Part shown: positions 50,470 to 62,432 of the stretch, in pieces
How the letters are laid out: every line of letters begins with the position of its first letter
Numbering within the stretch: position 1 is the stretch's first letter
From: Chiloscyllium plagiosum
Taxonomy: Eukaryota
Direction of reading: 5' to 3'
NCBI RefSeq assembly: GCF_004010195.1
Contig: NC_057719.1
Location: 21,156,418-21,220,417 of the forward strand
DNA length: 64,000 nucleotides
Program-made: the position numbers and the translations under genes
The notes under the pieces: model-generated
Told to the model about the DNA's origin: nothing
Seen by the model: the letters and a program-made list of their open reading frames with translations, nothing else
The model's database searches: none

Positions 50470-50860
50470 TGTACCCCTCTTGTCTCCCCATTGATGCGTC
50501 ACACCTATGGGTACAATGAAGTGCAGGTCTGTGCGCATATCCAACAGACAGAGTATTCTGGACCTGAGTGTCCATTGTGGAAGCCGGCTGTCTGTGGAGC
50601 AAGACATATGCATTGCCAAAGACAGCACAGTACTGATAATGCTGGCAGACTCCTCGGTCCTTCAATCCAAGTGTCTCTCAGAAACCTGCCGGTTATTTCT
50701 GGCTGACTTCTGGGAGATGACTTGCCTTTACATCCTCCAAAAGCTGAATGGGTTCCTCCTAAAAGGTAGAGGTGGAGCTGAGGGTCAGAGTGCAAGCCTC
50801 TTCCTGAAGGAAGTTTGCTGGATGCCATTTGCCATAAGGAAGGTTCTGCAAAAAGGATAA
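50470..50860 (+). mobile_element. Possible highly decayed PIF/Harbinger transposase fragment
   Basis: Ordered remnants IDASH, NRQSILDLSVH, G*LLGD resembling IDCTH..NRKGFHSLNVQ..GWLLGD. Confidence 0.35.
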
Positions 50861-51269
50861 AAGCTCATACAGAATAAATTTGAGCTAACATTGGTATTAA
50901 TGGGAGAGCAGCACAGCACAGAATAAAGAAGCTCATTTGGTTGGTAGTTCACAGAGGTCTTTACATCCCCATGAGTGGTCACCCATTCCTCCAGCTAAAT
51001 CAAGCACGAAATGAGTTAATTTTCATGGAATCAAAGTGAACGAAGAAAGCTAATATCTAGGATTTTTATTTTGATTAAAATAGTGGAACACTGTCCCAGG
51101 AGCTCATGTCATAAGGATTGAAGTTCATTGTGATTCATTTAGCCAGAGATAATCAAGCAGTTCGGGAAATACAACAAGCCAGATCTTGCTTTTATGAAAT
51201 CATTTACTTTCATTTTCTTTGACGACAATGGGAGAGATGTAAACTGGGTGCTTGCTAACTTCAGCTTTA

Positions 51270-52650
51270 GAACATCAAACATACAACAGTACAGCACAGG
51301 AATGGGCCCTTCCGCCCACAATGTTGTATCGAACATGACGCCAAATGAAACTAATCCCTTCTGCCTGCTCTTGATCCGTATCCCTCCACTCCTTGCATAT
51401 TCACGTAGGTATCCAGAAGTCCTTTAAATGCCCCTATTATATCTGCCTGCACCACCACACCTGGTAGTACATTCCAGATTCCTCCCACTCTTGGCGTAAA
51501 AAACTTGCCCTTCACATCTCCTTTGAACTTGCCCCCTCTCACCTTAAATATATGCCCTCTAGTATTAGACATCCCAACTCTGGGGGAAAAGATTTTGACA
51601 ATCAATCCTATCTATGCAACTCAAAATTTTATAAGCTTCTGCCACTTAAGAGAAAACAACCTGAGTTTTTCTAGCCTCTACTTACAGCTCTACCCTATAA
51701 TTTAGACAGTATACTGGTAACTTTCTTCTCCTAAGCTTCCACATCTTTCCTGCAATGTGGCGACCTGTTGGAATATTGTGTGCAATTCTGGTCTCCTTCC
51801 TATTGGAAAGATGTTGTGAAACTTGAAAGGGTTCGGAAAAGATTTACAAGGATGTTGCCAGGGTTGGAGGATCTGAGCTATAGGGAGAGGCTGAACAGGC
51901 TGGGGCAATTTTCCCTGGAGTGTCGGAGGCTGAGGAGAGACCTTATAGAGGTTTACAAAATCATGAGGGGCTTGGATAGGATAAATAGACAAAGTCTTTT
52001 CCCTGGGGTCGGGGAGTCCAGAACTAGACAGCATAGGTTTAGAGTGAGAGGGGAAAAGATTTAAAAGAGACCCAAGGGGCAACTTTTTCATGCAGAGGGT
52101 GGTACGTGTATGGAATGAGCTGCCAGAGGATGTGGTGGAGGCTGGTACAATTGCAACATTTAAGAGGCATGTGGATGGGTAAATGAATAGGAAGGGTTTG
52201 GAGGAATATGGGCTGAGTGCTGGCAGGTGGGACTAGATTGGGTTGGGATATCTGGTTGGCATGGGCGGGTTGGACCGAAGGGTCTGTTTCCATGCTGTTC
52301 ATATCTATGACTCTATGACCAGAATTGAATGTAGTATCCTAAAGTGTGGTCTAACCAAAGTCTTATAAAGCTGCAGTAAGGCATCCTGACTCTTGTACTC
52401 AGTTCTCCAACTAATAAAAGCAAGCATGCCATATGTCTTCTTTACCATCCTATCTACTTGCGTGGCTACTTTCAGGGAGCTATAGACTTGAACTCCAAGA
52501 TCTTTCTGTACATTAATGCTGTTCACAGTCCTGCTATTAACTGAATACTTTGTCTTAACATTTGATCTCCCAAAGTGCAGCACCTCATACGTAACCCAGA
52601 TTAATCTCCATCTGCTATTTCTCCACCCATATCTGCAACTGATCTATAAC
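51270..52650 (-). mobile_element. CR1 3' region interrupted by a plus-strand CR1
   Basis: LHFGRSN..KDLGVQV..LYKTLVRPH and TRGHIFKVRGGKFKGDV; resumes after 52318. Confidence 0.85.
51766..52318 (+). mobile_element. Young CR1 3' fragment
   Basis: Closely matches 136-670; (CTATGACT)n tail. Confidence 0.9.
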
Positions 52651-53159
52651 CCGCCAACCCTCGAAGTCAGGATTCATTCATCTTTTCCTGTCAACTGGAA
52701 TATCATACTGTCACCTGTAGAAAGCACTTGGCTAAGTTTAAACAACACCAATGGGATTTTGTGCACATTTTGTTTTCGACGGTGAGGAAACAGATTTGGG
52801 CTGGTCATGTTCCGGAACCCACTGCCTTTAAAGGGGAGGTAGTTGGAATCAGACTTAATTTTGACTTTCAAAAATGGAAATGAATAATTATTTGATGTGA
52901 TGAACATTTGCAAGACCGAGGGGAAAAGCAAGGGATTGAGAATAACTTTCAAAGATAGTCACAGCGAGCCGAATAGCCTCCTCCCGTGCTTTCCCATTCC
53001 GTGGGCAAGATTTGGAGGCAGAGGTACCATTTAATCAGGTGGTTGGATACTGATGGGGACTCCTTCCTGCTTCTACCCAAACCCTCTCCCCAACCCCCAC
53101 CCTCGAATAATTCTGGGGAAAGCTCATAGAAAGTCAATGGGTCCTTTAAGTAGGGAGAG

Positions 53160-53823
53160 AAGATGGCAAGCCTTCCTCAAAGGAGGAAATTCAAGATTCA
53201 CCGATAGCCCAGGGCTCATCTCCTCCCAACTGCTTTTTTCATTTTTGATTCCTTTTCACTTTTGCATTTTCTTTTTCCTTTGTTTTCCTTTCTTTAAAGC
53301 CTGGAGAGTGGTGGGTGAAGGAGGAGGTCTCTGGTGGTGGTGGCAACGACTCCAGATGAGCTGGACATGGCTCCACCCCATCTCGGGGTTTCCCGGCCTG
53401 ACAGGCAGTGTTCGGGCTCAGCCTGTCCACTCCAGGTCGGCCTCATTCGTTTTCTCTCTCTCCCTCTCGCCTTTTCCTTTACACAGTGGCTGGGAAGCAG
53501 GAGCAGTGTCGGCAGGGACTCCAGGTTCTGTAGGCCCGATGTGTTGACTCCTGGAATAACAGTGGGGCTTTGGCTGCAGAGATGATGGAGTGTGGACCAC
53601 TGGTGGCAATGGCACGTCGATACCTGCAGCAGTGTCGATGCCTGGAGCAGGAACCCTGGCGATGTATTTGGGACCCCAGCTGATGAAGCTGAACTCTATT
53701 TAGTGCTTTCTTTTTCCCATCTTGTATCTCAAAATGGCGCCAGACTGTTGTGACAGAATACATTTCACTGCATCTCCCTAGATATTTATGGCAATAAATA
53801 AATCATTCATCATTATTCATTCA
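53160..53823 (+). mobile_element. Non-coding retroelement (AAGATGGC start; CATTTCACTG..GCAATAAA-(ATTC)n tail)
   Basis: Architecture shared with 48745-49463. Confidence 0.55.
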
Positions 53824-54561
53824 AAGTCGGACTCACACTAGCTGTCTAGCCTGTAAGGGGGACCACTATAACCTGAATTAAAATCTATGGTTATATCATG
53901 ATTTATTAGCAAAATCACTGTTTTCTCTCCATCTGTCTATTTTACAAATGCCACATCATTTCTTGTTATTCATTATTCAACAGTGAATATGTACAGCTGC
54001 ATCTATTGGCTATTTGACAACGGGGTGAATGATTTCTCGCCATTGATTTCCCTAATGAATTTTAACAGAAATGCTGTACTTTTAACTTACTGTTGTTCTG
54101 CCCATAATTCTATAAAATCTACTTTAAAGCTCACAGAAGGGACATCATCCACTTAATTAACAACAAATAACTGCTTTTTGCATCACGTTCACTGGACGAC
54201 ACATTCAATCTAAGGTTATGTCAATCAAGAAAACCACTTCAACCTCCTGACTCACTGCCAGTACCCAAATTTCATTAGTCCATGCACTATCACAATTCAA
54301 TGAGAATTGGAGAGTCTCCTTCCCTGCTCTACATCGTACAGTTAATCCTGTTAAATTTTATTGTGTCAATGTTACATCAAGGCGAGGCCACTGCTGTTGG
54401 TTATATTTCAGTTGGAGTTTAAAAAGATGCTGAATAACTTAAGGTATAAAATACTTTTGACTTCTTTGTTACGCATATTTTACAATAGGTGTTTCTACAA
54501 TCTGTTCATTGAATGCCCCTATCTTAATTGTTTTGTTCACACAATTTTTTGACATGGCAAC

Positions 54562-55350
54562 GTAGAACATAAGAACTAAGAGTAGGCCATCTGCCCCTTC
54601 GAGCCCACTCAGCCATTCAATAAGACCACGGCTGACCTTTTTGTGGCCTCAGATCAACTGACCCACCCTCTCAACATAACCCATAATTCCTTTACTGCTC
54701 AAAAACCTATCTATCTGAGCTTTAAAAGCATTTACTGAGGAAGCCTCAACTACTTCACTGGGCAGGGAATTCCACAGATTCACAACGCTATGGGTGAAGA
54801 AGTTCCTTCTCAATTCAGCCCTAAATCTGCTCCCCCTAATTTTGAGGCTATGCCCTCTGGTCCTAGTTTCACCTGCCAGTGGAAACATCCTCTCTCCTTA
54901 TTCCCTTCATAATTTTATACATTTTTTTTAAGATCCCCCCCCCCGCCGATTCTTCTAAATTCCGATGAATATAATCCCAGCCTACTCAGTCTCTCCTCAT
55001 AAGTCAGCCCCTTCAACTCCGGAATCAACCTAGTGAACTTCTGCTGCACCCCCTTCAGTGCCAGTACATCCTTCCTCAAGTAAGGAAACCAAACCTTCAC
55101 ACAGTGCTCCAGGTTGCCTTACCAGCAGCTTGTATAGCTGTAACACAACCTCCCTACTTTTAAACTCAATCCCTTTAGCAATGAAGGACAAAATTCCATT
55201 TACCTTCTTAATTACCTGTTGAGATCCCAACACTGATACCTGAGGCACACTGATTGCCAAACAGAAAAGCACTAATTTATCGCCAATCTTTGCTTTCTGT
55301 TAGTTAACCAATCAACCTATGCTCATACATTGCCCATAACACCTTGCAGA
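54562..55350 (-). mobile_element. CR1 3' fragment
   Basis: IKKVNGILSFIAKGIEFKSREV..YEERLSRLGLYS..TRGHSLKIRG; AGAACATAAGAAC tail. Confidence 0.85.
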
Positions 55351-57857
55351 AGCAATACATAACTGCAGATTAGCAGTTCATTATGAATATCACAAAATTG
55401 TTTCAAAAACAAGATCAAAGAAATAGTTATTAAAATATTGAGCACAAATACAAGACATATGCAAGATTTTTTGTTGAGCAGTTTGCCTTTATTCTAACTT
55501 GCCATTATCATAATGTGGTTATTGACTGATGTTTCGGTTGCCATAGACATGGTCTGTTCGGAGGTATGTAGTATGTAATCTTTCAAGCAGTTGTACTTTT
55601 ATCCTGGAGGTCCCCTCATGGTAGCAGAGGATCTGTTCAGAACATTAATCAAGAGAATGATAATTAGCTCATGCTTGTTCCCTACAACACTTATCAATTT
55701 AAAATGATGACTGGTTTTACATGCAAAGAGATATAATCAGCAATGTACTGGCTATTCCTAGTTACCTTGAGGAGGTGGTGGTGAACTGCTTTCTTGAGCC
55801 ACATTAGTTCAGGACTTGAGGTATTCCCATGATGCTGTTCAGTCAGGAGGTCCAGAGTTTTAACTCCTAATGATGAAGAACTAGTGCCCAAGTTGGAATG
55901 GTGTGTGGCTTGGAAAACAGTCAATAAAGCAACTAATGTAGTCAGATTGTTTAGGTGTTTGTAACTGGTTAACAGGATTATTGTTAACAGGAAGTATTTG
56001 TGATTGCAAATATTAAGCATTTAAGTATTCACCTTTGAATACCACCAAACTGATGATTTATGCTTGGTAACTTCAATTAATTATTTTCATTGTAAACTCA
56101 TTAAAGGACGAAATCAATGAGAAAATTACAAATTGGCAAGATGAAGAGCAATTAAATAAATTGTAATATAATCAAATAGCAGAGAAGGTCAAATTTATCC
56201 AAACATTCTCACTCTAAGCTCATTGTGGGCACATGAACCAGATAGGTTATAGTGCAATGTATCCTGATCTGCAGTAAATTAACAGTGTATTAACATGACA
56301 TACCCCTTATGCTCCCTAGAATGTAACATTAGCGAAAAATACCCAGCGATTGAATAAACTAATTAATGTAGTAAACATAAATTCCCAAGCATTCCGTTAT
56401 TCATTGAATCAATAGACTTCTAGAACAACTGCAGCCTGGGACTGATTACAAAGGTCTTTGCTGACAACTTCAGATGATGCCGTGCATAACTTCAGCAACC
56501 TATTGTTTGACTGCCAGAATCTTGAGTAAATAGATGTTGCAGGCTGTAGAAGCAGACACAGTAGAACTGGATATTATAATCTATAAATGTTCTAATAGAT
56601 CATTTTTCCTCGTGTTCAGACTTCAAGGTCTAATAAAAGTGTCTTTCAAATTCCTCACAAATTTATAATATGGACTGACTGTAATTTCTCATTTGTTATC
56701 CTATCTGAGAATGACTATAAGCTGTCTATTTGGTATCCATGCTTATCCAAGGCTAGATAATGGTTTACAATTACCATATTACCACTATGACAAGTTAGAA
56801 AAAAGGCAAAATGCTTGACAAAAAATCTTGCATGTCTGTTGTACTTGTGTTCATCTTTTTAAAAACCATTCCTTTGATTTTGTTTTTGCAATTTTGTGAC
56901 ATTCATAATGGACTTCTAATCTCCAATCCTGCGTTGCTCCTTTCCACTTCAAAAAAATCCTTAAACAAAAGGACTTATTTTTAAAAAATACATAGTTATG
57001 CATGGAGAGAAAAAGCATATTGACATGCATACTGTTTTAAAATGCATCTATTGATTTTCTGTTGCACTCATATTCATTTCAAACGGAAAGCAAACCAAAA
57101 CAAAATCAGCTGGCTTTGATTTACTCCGAAATTTAGCAGGCTAGTGACCTTTCATCTTATGCCACTTTCACAGTAGCAGTTCCAGCCTTCGATCAATGGT
57201 AACAGACTGAGTCAGAGGGTCATGGGTTCTACCTCTCTCCAGTTACTTGGGAACATAATCTTAGTTGACACTTCAGTTCTATCTGAGGTAGTGCTGTGCT
57301 GACTGTCGTCTGTCACGGAAGACTCAGTAATTGGATATTTTCAACCATTTTGTGTTTTTCTTGCAAGATTACAGACAGAAAGTCAAAATATTTATTTTTA
57401 TTGAAGGACTCAATGTTTAGACTGTGGCTTTAATCAAATTCCATCCACATGTCTTATGCCAAAGGTAGCTTGGAAAAGTTTGTCACTTTGAAAACTCTTG
57501 TCAAAGAATCTAAAACTTTTAAAAATGGTTTTTAATGCACCAGCTACCTGAAATCCAGACCAGTGTATCCAATGGGCAGATGAAGGGAAAAGAATATGGC
57601 AAAAGCTAAATAACAGTAGGATTAACGATATCAAACAAAAAGGAACAATGAACAACATTTAATAGGATATGGTGGGGCTGGGAATAAAGTTAGTTATGTA
57701 AACAAAACAATCAAACCTCTCCAGAGGATTATTATGTAAGGCTCCGTCTAAATCGTTGATATCAGATGTGCATATTTTTAAAATCCATATTCATGTGTTT
57801 TGGGCTATGCTGCCAAGACCAGTATTTGCTGTCTATCCCAGCTCACCCATGAAAGTG

Positions 57858-58076
57858 CAGGTCATTCTGCTCTAACGTGCGTTTCGTTAATGCAAATTCG
57901 CTATAACACGACTGATGAATTGGAGACACTATTTCTCTGGTGGGAACTTTTAAAGCATGTATTGGTTATAACGTGATTCCGGCCCTATTAGTTTAAAAGG
58001 TGCTGCTATTACGTGATTTTATTGTAACATGGGGTTGCATGAGAATGGAACTACCGCATTATAGCAGAACCGACTG
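57858..58076. mobile_element. Tigger/pogo-like MITE inserted in a tRNA SINE
   Basis: Imperfect TIRs CAGGTCATTCTGCTCTAA / TTATAGCAGAACCGACTG followed by TA; homologous to 802-1008. Confidence 0.65.
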
Positions 58077-59840
58077 TAGTCAACCACATTTCTGTGAGGC
58101 TGGAGTCACACGTAGGCCAGACCAGGTAAGGACAAGAAATTTCCTCTCTGAATGGCATTGGTGCATCAAATGAGTTTTCACAGAAATTGATGATTGCTGT
58201 ATGATGATATAGATTTCAGGCCAGACAGGCCAGTATTTTTAAGACAATTACATGGTATCACAATATATAAAGTTCTACTATAAAAGGTACTCACCACCCC
58301 TTCTGCCACTTTGTTTTGTCTAATGGAGTCAGTGCACTGTCTTCATTTAATTATTCAATGTACAATAGCAGCTGTAAACACAGCACCCAGACTATATGCG
58401 CAAATCTGGGATATTGTGGCTGTGTATGTAACTAGTGTTGTTAATAAATTTCATGATACCTAACACAACAAGAACCTGAGTTTTTGTGATATAGGGCACA
58501 GGTACATGGGAACAAGAGTAGGCCATTCACCCTGTTTCACAGATTAATATGATCCTAGCTGATCAAACAGATCAATGCCTTTTACCCTCATTATTCCCCC
58601 ACCCTTTTACATCAATGGTATTCAAACATTTTTCAACTTTCGTTTAAATATACTCAAGTTTCCACAGCCCTTCAAAGCTCATCTGGGATCAGTCCTGTGC
58701 TTAAGGATTGCTAAGATTAATTTGTAATGATCAATGGATGGTCAGGATTGTCAATGACCAAGATTTATTTCCCACATTGTTGGTCATTGCATAAACTTTC
58801 GAATTCTATTATAACAGATATTGTTTGAAATATCAAACCTATGGATGCCTGATTTATGCAGTTTCTCCATGAAGGGCCTCAATCATCTACAAGTGGAGCC
58901 TTAGAAAAAAGAAAACAACTTACTCTGTTTATCTTGGCTGTGCTGGCAGTCACATTTCACGTTCACTGCAGAGCTGAGATTTGGTTAAAGCTTGGTTAAA
59001 GTTTGCAGGCTTTCCACATTGTACTGGTGAGAGTGAATTGCAGGCACTGCCTGTATTGTATGCATCCCACTCGATCATCAGGCTCCATGCTGTATTGAGG
59101 TTCCACTCCATCAGCTTTGAGTCTCCCTTCTTTCCCACACGATCCAATTAAGTATTCATATCTCCAGTTTATACTCCAAGGCCCAGACAGTCCACATAGC
59201 CATATCTAATTTCATTTTCCACTGTCTCCACAAGCCCTGACAATACTGATAACTAAACAAGATCCTTCCTCCCACCTCATAGTATATTGGCTCCGAATCT
59301 TATCTCTAGAGTGGCCACCTTCACTGTGATTGTCGCCTCGGAATCCCAGCACAATGTCTTCAATCCCCACACTTCCTTTCCTCAGTTTAAGGTAATTCCC
59401 CTTAATGTTTATTACCTAGTCACCCAAGCCTTGCCCCTGGACTAACTTGGGAAGACCAACGTGAGCAAAATTGGATAAGATCCCTGAATGATTTCTGTCT
59501 AGCTCCCTAACTAACTTTTCAGCAATCCTTGGACTGGTTAGACTCAACCTGCAGAACTGACTGTGGCCCAATCACTGTAATGTAAGGACACAGAGAGCCA
59601 GGTCCTGACTACACCAAGCAGATGGCTGACTGTGGTTGAACCCACTAGACTGAGATCAGATGATACCCTTGACTGTCTGTGGTGGTGCTCCCTGGCGGGC
59701 TCTCAGCCGGAGGATTACTGTCCCTAGATTTTCAGACAGGTTTCTCATGGAAGCTGGAGATGTGACATTGACACAGCACAATGTCATACAGCAACATGAG
59801 CACCCTCTTGGCTGTTCAGTGCTGGGCAACAGGATAAGTT

Positions 59841-60200
59841 TAAAAATGTGTTGCTGGAAAAGTGCAGTAGGTCAGGCAGCATCAAAGGAGAAGGAGAATC
59901 GACGTTTCGGGCATCAGCCCTTCTTCAGGAATGAGGAGGGTGTGCCAAGCAGGCTAAGATAAAAGGTAGGGAGGAGGGACTCACCTTAACCTCCTTCCAC
60001 CTATCGCATTCCCAACGCCCCTCCCCCAAGTCCCTCCTCCCTACCTTTTATCTTAGCCTGCTTGGCACACCCTCCTCATTCCTGAAGGGCTGATGCCCGA
60101 AACGTCGATTCTCCTTCTCCTTTGATGCTGCCTGACCTGCTGCGCTTTTCCTGCAACACATTTTTAAGCTCTGATCCCCAGCATCTGCAGTCCTCCCTTT
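59841..60200. mobile_element. Palindromic PLE family A mini-insertion
   Basis: Arms 59841-59981 / 60030-60167; perfect 14-bp TSD CAACAGGATAAGTT (59827 and 60201); matches the pLTR at 4440-4660. Confidence 0.92.
59897..59933 (-). ncRNA. Minimal hammerhead ribozyme motif (family A), intact core
   Basis: Minus strand TC-CTGAAGA-A-GGGC(TGAT)GCCC-GAAA-CGTC-GA. Confidence 0.7.
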
Positions 60201-61781
60201 CAACAGGATAAGTTGCCTACCTTTCTCTCTGTGCAGAAAGGCATGGAAAGAAAAGCTATTGTGAGCTTGTAATTCCTCAATGAAGTAACAAATGCTCAAA
60301 AAAGGTAAGCCAAAGCATAGCCCTGTGAGTGTCCAAGTAAGCATAAAGAGAATGAGTGCTAAAAATAAGCTAAGACCCATGAGATGACCAGGCAATGACC
60401 ACTTGCAACAAGAGAAAGTTTAAACATTGTCGCTTGACTTCAATGGCGTTACCAAGACTGAATGTCCCACAATCAGCATCCTCGGGTTTAGCATTGATCA
60501 GAAACTGAACTGGACTAGCCCTATAAATAGAATGGCTACACAAGCAGGTCAGGGGTGGTTGGCAATTCCTATACATGCCAAAGATCTCTGCATAAGGGCA
60601 CAGAGTTGCTTTTCTCACACATTGAACTGTGAGAATGTTAGAACATTGTCTTGCATGAAATGCTGCATTTCTTTTGTGATGAGGTTGGAAAGGGTATGGT
60701 GGTAGTCAGAAAGTGTGGTGCTGGAAAAGCACAGCCGGTCAGGCAGCATCCGAGGAGCAGGAGAGTCGAAGACCATGAGCTCTTCATCACGAATGGGTGG
60801 TGGGGTGTGATGTGGTGGGGGACAAGCTTTCAGTAATCCTACAGCACTTAGAATGTCCTATTGTGTTTGTGCCATGTGCTTTGTATAGCAGACAATAGAA
60901 TAATGTCTAATATGTCAGAGGTCAATGCAGAGAAATCCATGACCCTGTTTGTCAGTGACCTCCATGTCCAACTATATCAGGGTCATGATAAAGTCGTTTG
61001 TGACTCCTCAGCTGTCACATATTACAAGGAGCTGCTTTGTTTCAATATTTCTCACAATGTCAATGCAACCATCTTCAATTAGTCTAGCCACGACTGGTTT
61101 AATAATTGTTGTAGTTGATTTTTAACAAAGTTGCAGAGATGGAACTAGATTAGCTTGGCATGGACGAATTGGAACAAAGGGTCTGTTTCCATGCGGTACA
61201 TCTCTATGACTCTCTAAGTTGAGAAGAATAATGGCACCAGCAAGCTCAGGACCTTTTTTGTCATTGGTTTAATGTATTTAGGTCAATGTATACCTGCAAA
61301 AACATTTTTAAAAATTCTGTACCAAAATATGTTCAAAACAAAATAATTTAATGGAAGGAGTCTGGAATAGTCTGAAGCAAGATTGCTTGTAGGCTCTGGG
61401 GTTGGAGTGTCCTTCAATGTATGCACTGCCTGGGACTGAGCATCAGGAAGTGCTTTCTGGCTCCATTGCCTTTGATGCCGATAAGCACATTCCCATAATC
61501 CCCATCCCCTTTGCCCCTTTCCCCTCCTATTATTCACTTCTGACCAGGAATCCAGCAATGGTATAGCCCTTACGTGGTTCTTCTGATTAGAGGCAGCTCT
61601 TAGCCAGTTTTCACTCCTGGGGTGCCTGATCCCAAGGAAAGGCCTGCCACTGGTAAGCCAAGTATCTGATTGGGGAAGATGCAACAGGTCTTCCTGAAAA
61701 AAAGCACTGCAGGTCTCTTGCTGACTTTCTCGTCAATGGCTGATATCCCTATTGCTTTCACACCCTTACATTTTTTAACCC

Positions 61782-62432
61782 TGATTTAGAGATGCCAGTG
61801 TTGGACTGGGGTGTACAAAGTTAAAAATCACACAACACCAGGTTATACTCCCAACAGGTTTATTTGGAAGCACTAGCTTTCGGAGTGCTGCTCCTTCATT
61901 AGACAATTGTGGAGCATCAACTCTCCTACTCCTCGAATGCAGCCTGACTGGCTGTGCTTTTCCAGCACCACACTTTTTGACCACCACCACACCCCTTCCA
62001 ACTACATCACAAATGAAATGCAGCATTTCATGCAAGACAATGTTCTAATATTCTCACAGTTCGATGTATGAGAAAAGTAACTCTGTGCCCTTATGTAGAG
62101 ATCTTTGGCATGAATAGGAATTGCCAACCACCCCTGATCTGCTCATGTAGTCATCCTACTTATAGGGCTAGTCCAGTTCAGTTTGCTGATTGTGGGAGAT
62201 TCAGTCTTGGCAACATCATTGAAGTCAAGCGACAATGGTTGAACTGTCTCTTGGTGCAGGTGGTCATTGCCTGGTCATCTCATGGGTCTTAACTTTTTTT
62301 TAGCACCTTGTGCTTGTTTGGACATTCACAGGGATCTGCTCCACAACCACCTGATGAAGGAGCAGTACTCTGAACGCTCATGCTTCCAAATAAACTTGTT
62401 GGACTATAATCTGGAGTTGTGTGATTTTTAAT
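61782..62432. mobile_element. Palindromic PLE family B insertion enclosing an inverted copy of 60321-60769
   Basis: Arms 61788-61916 and 62337-62431; 61917-62333 is a diverged reverse complement of 60321-60769; TSD TTTTTTAACCC. Confidence 0.85.

Noticed and set aside
50965..51045. Faint resemblance to 5S rRNA on the minus strand
   Set aside because: Too degenerate to distinguish from chance by eye; not a functional 5S gene.
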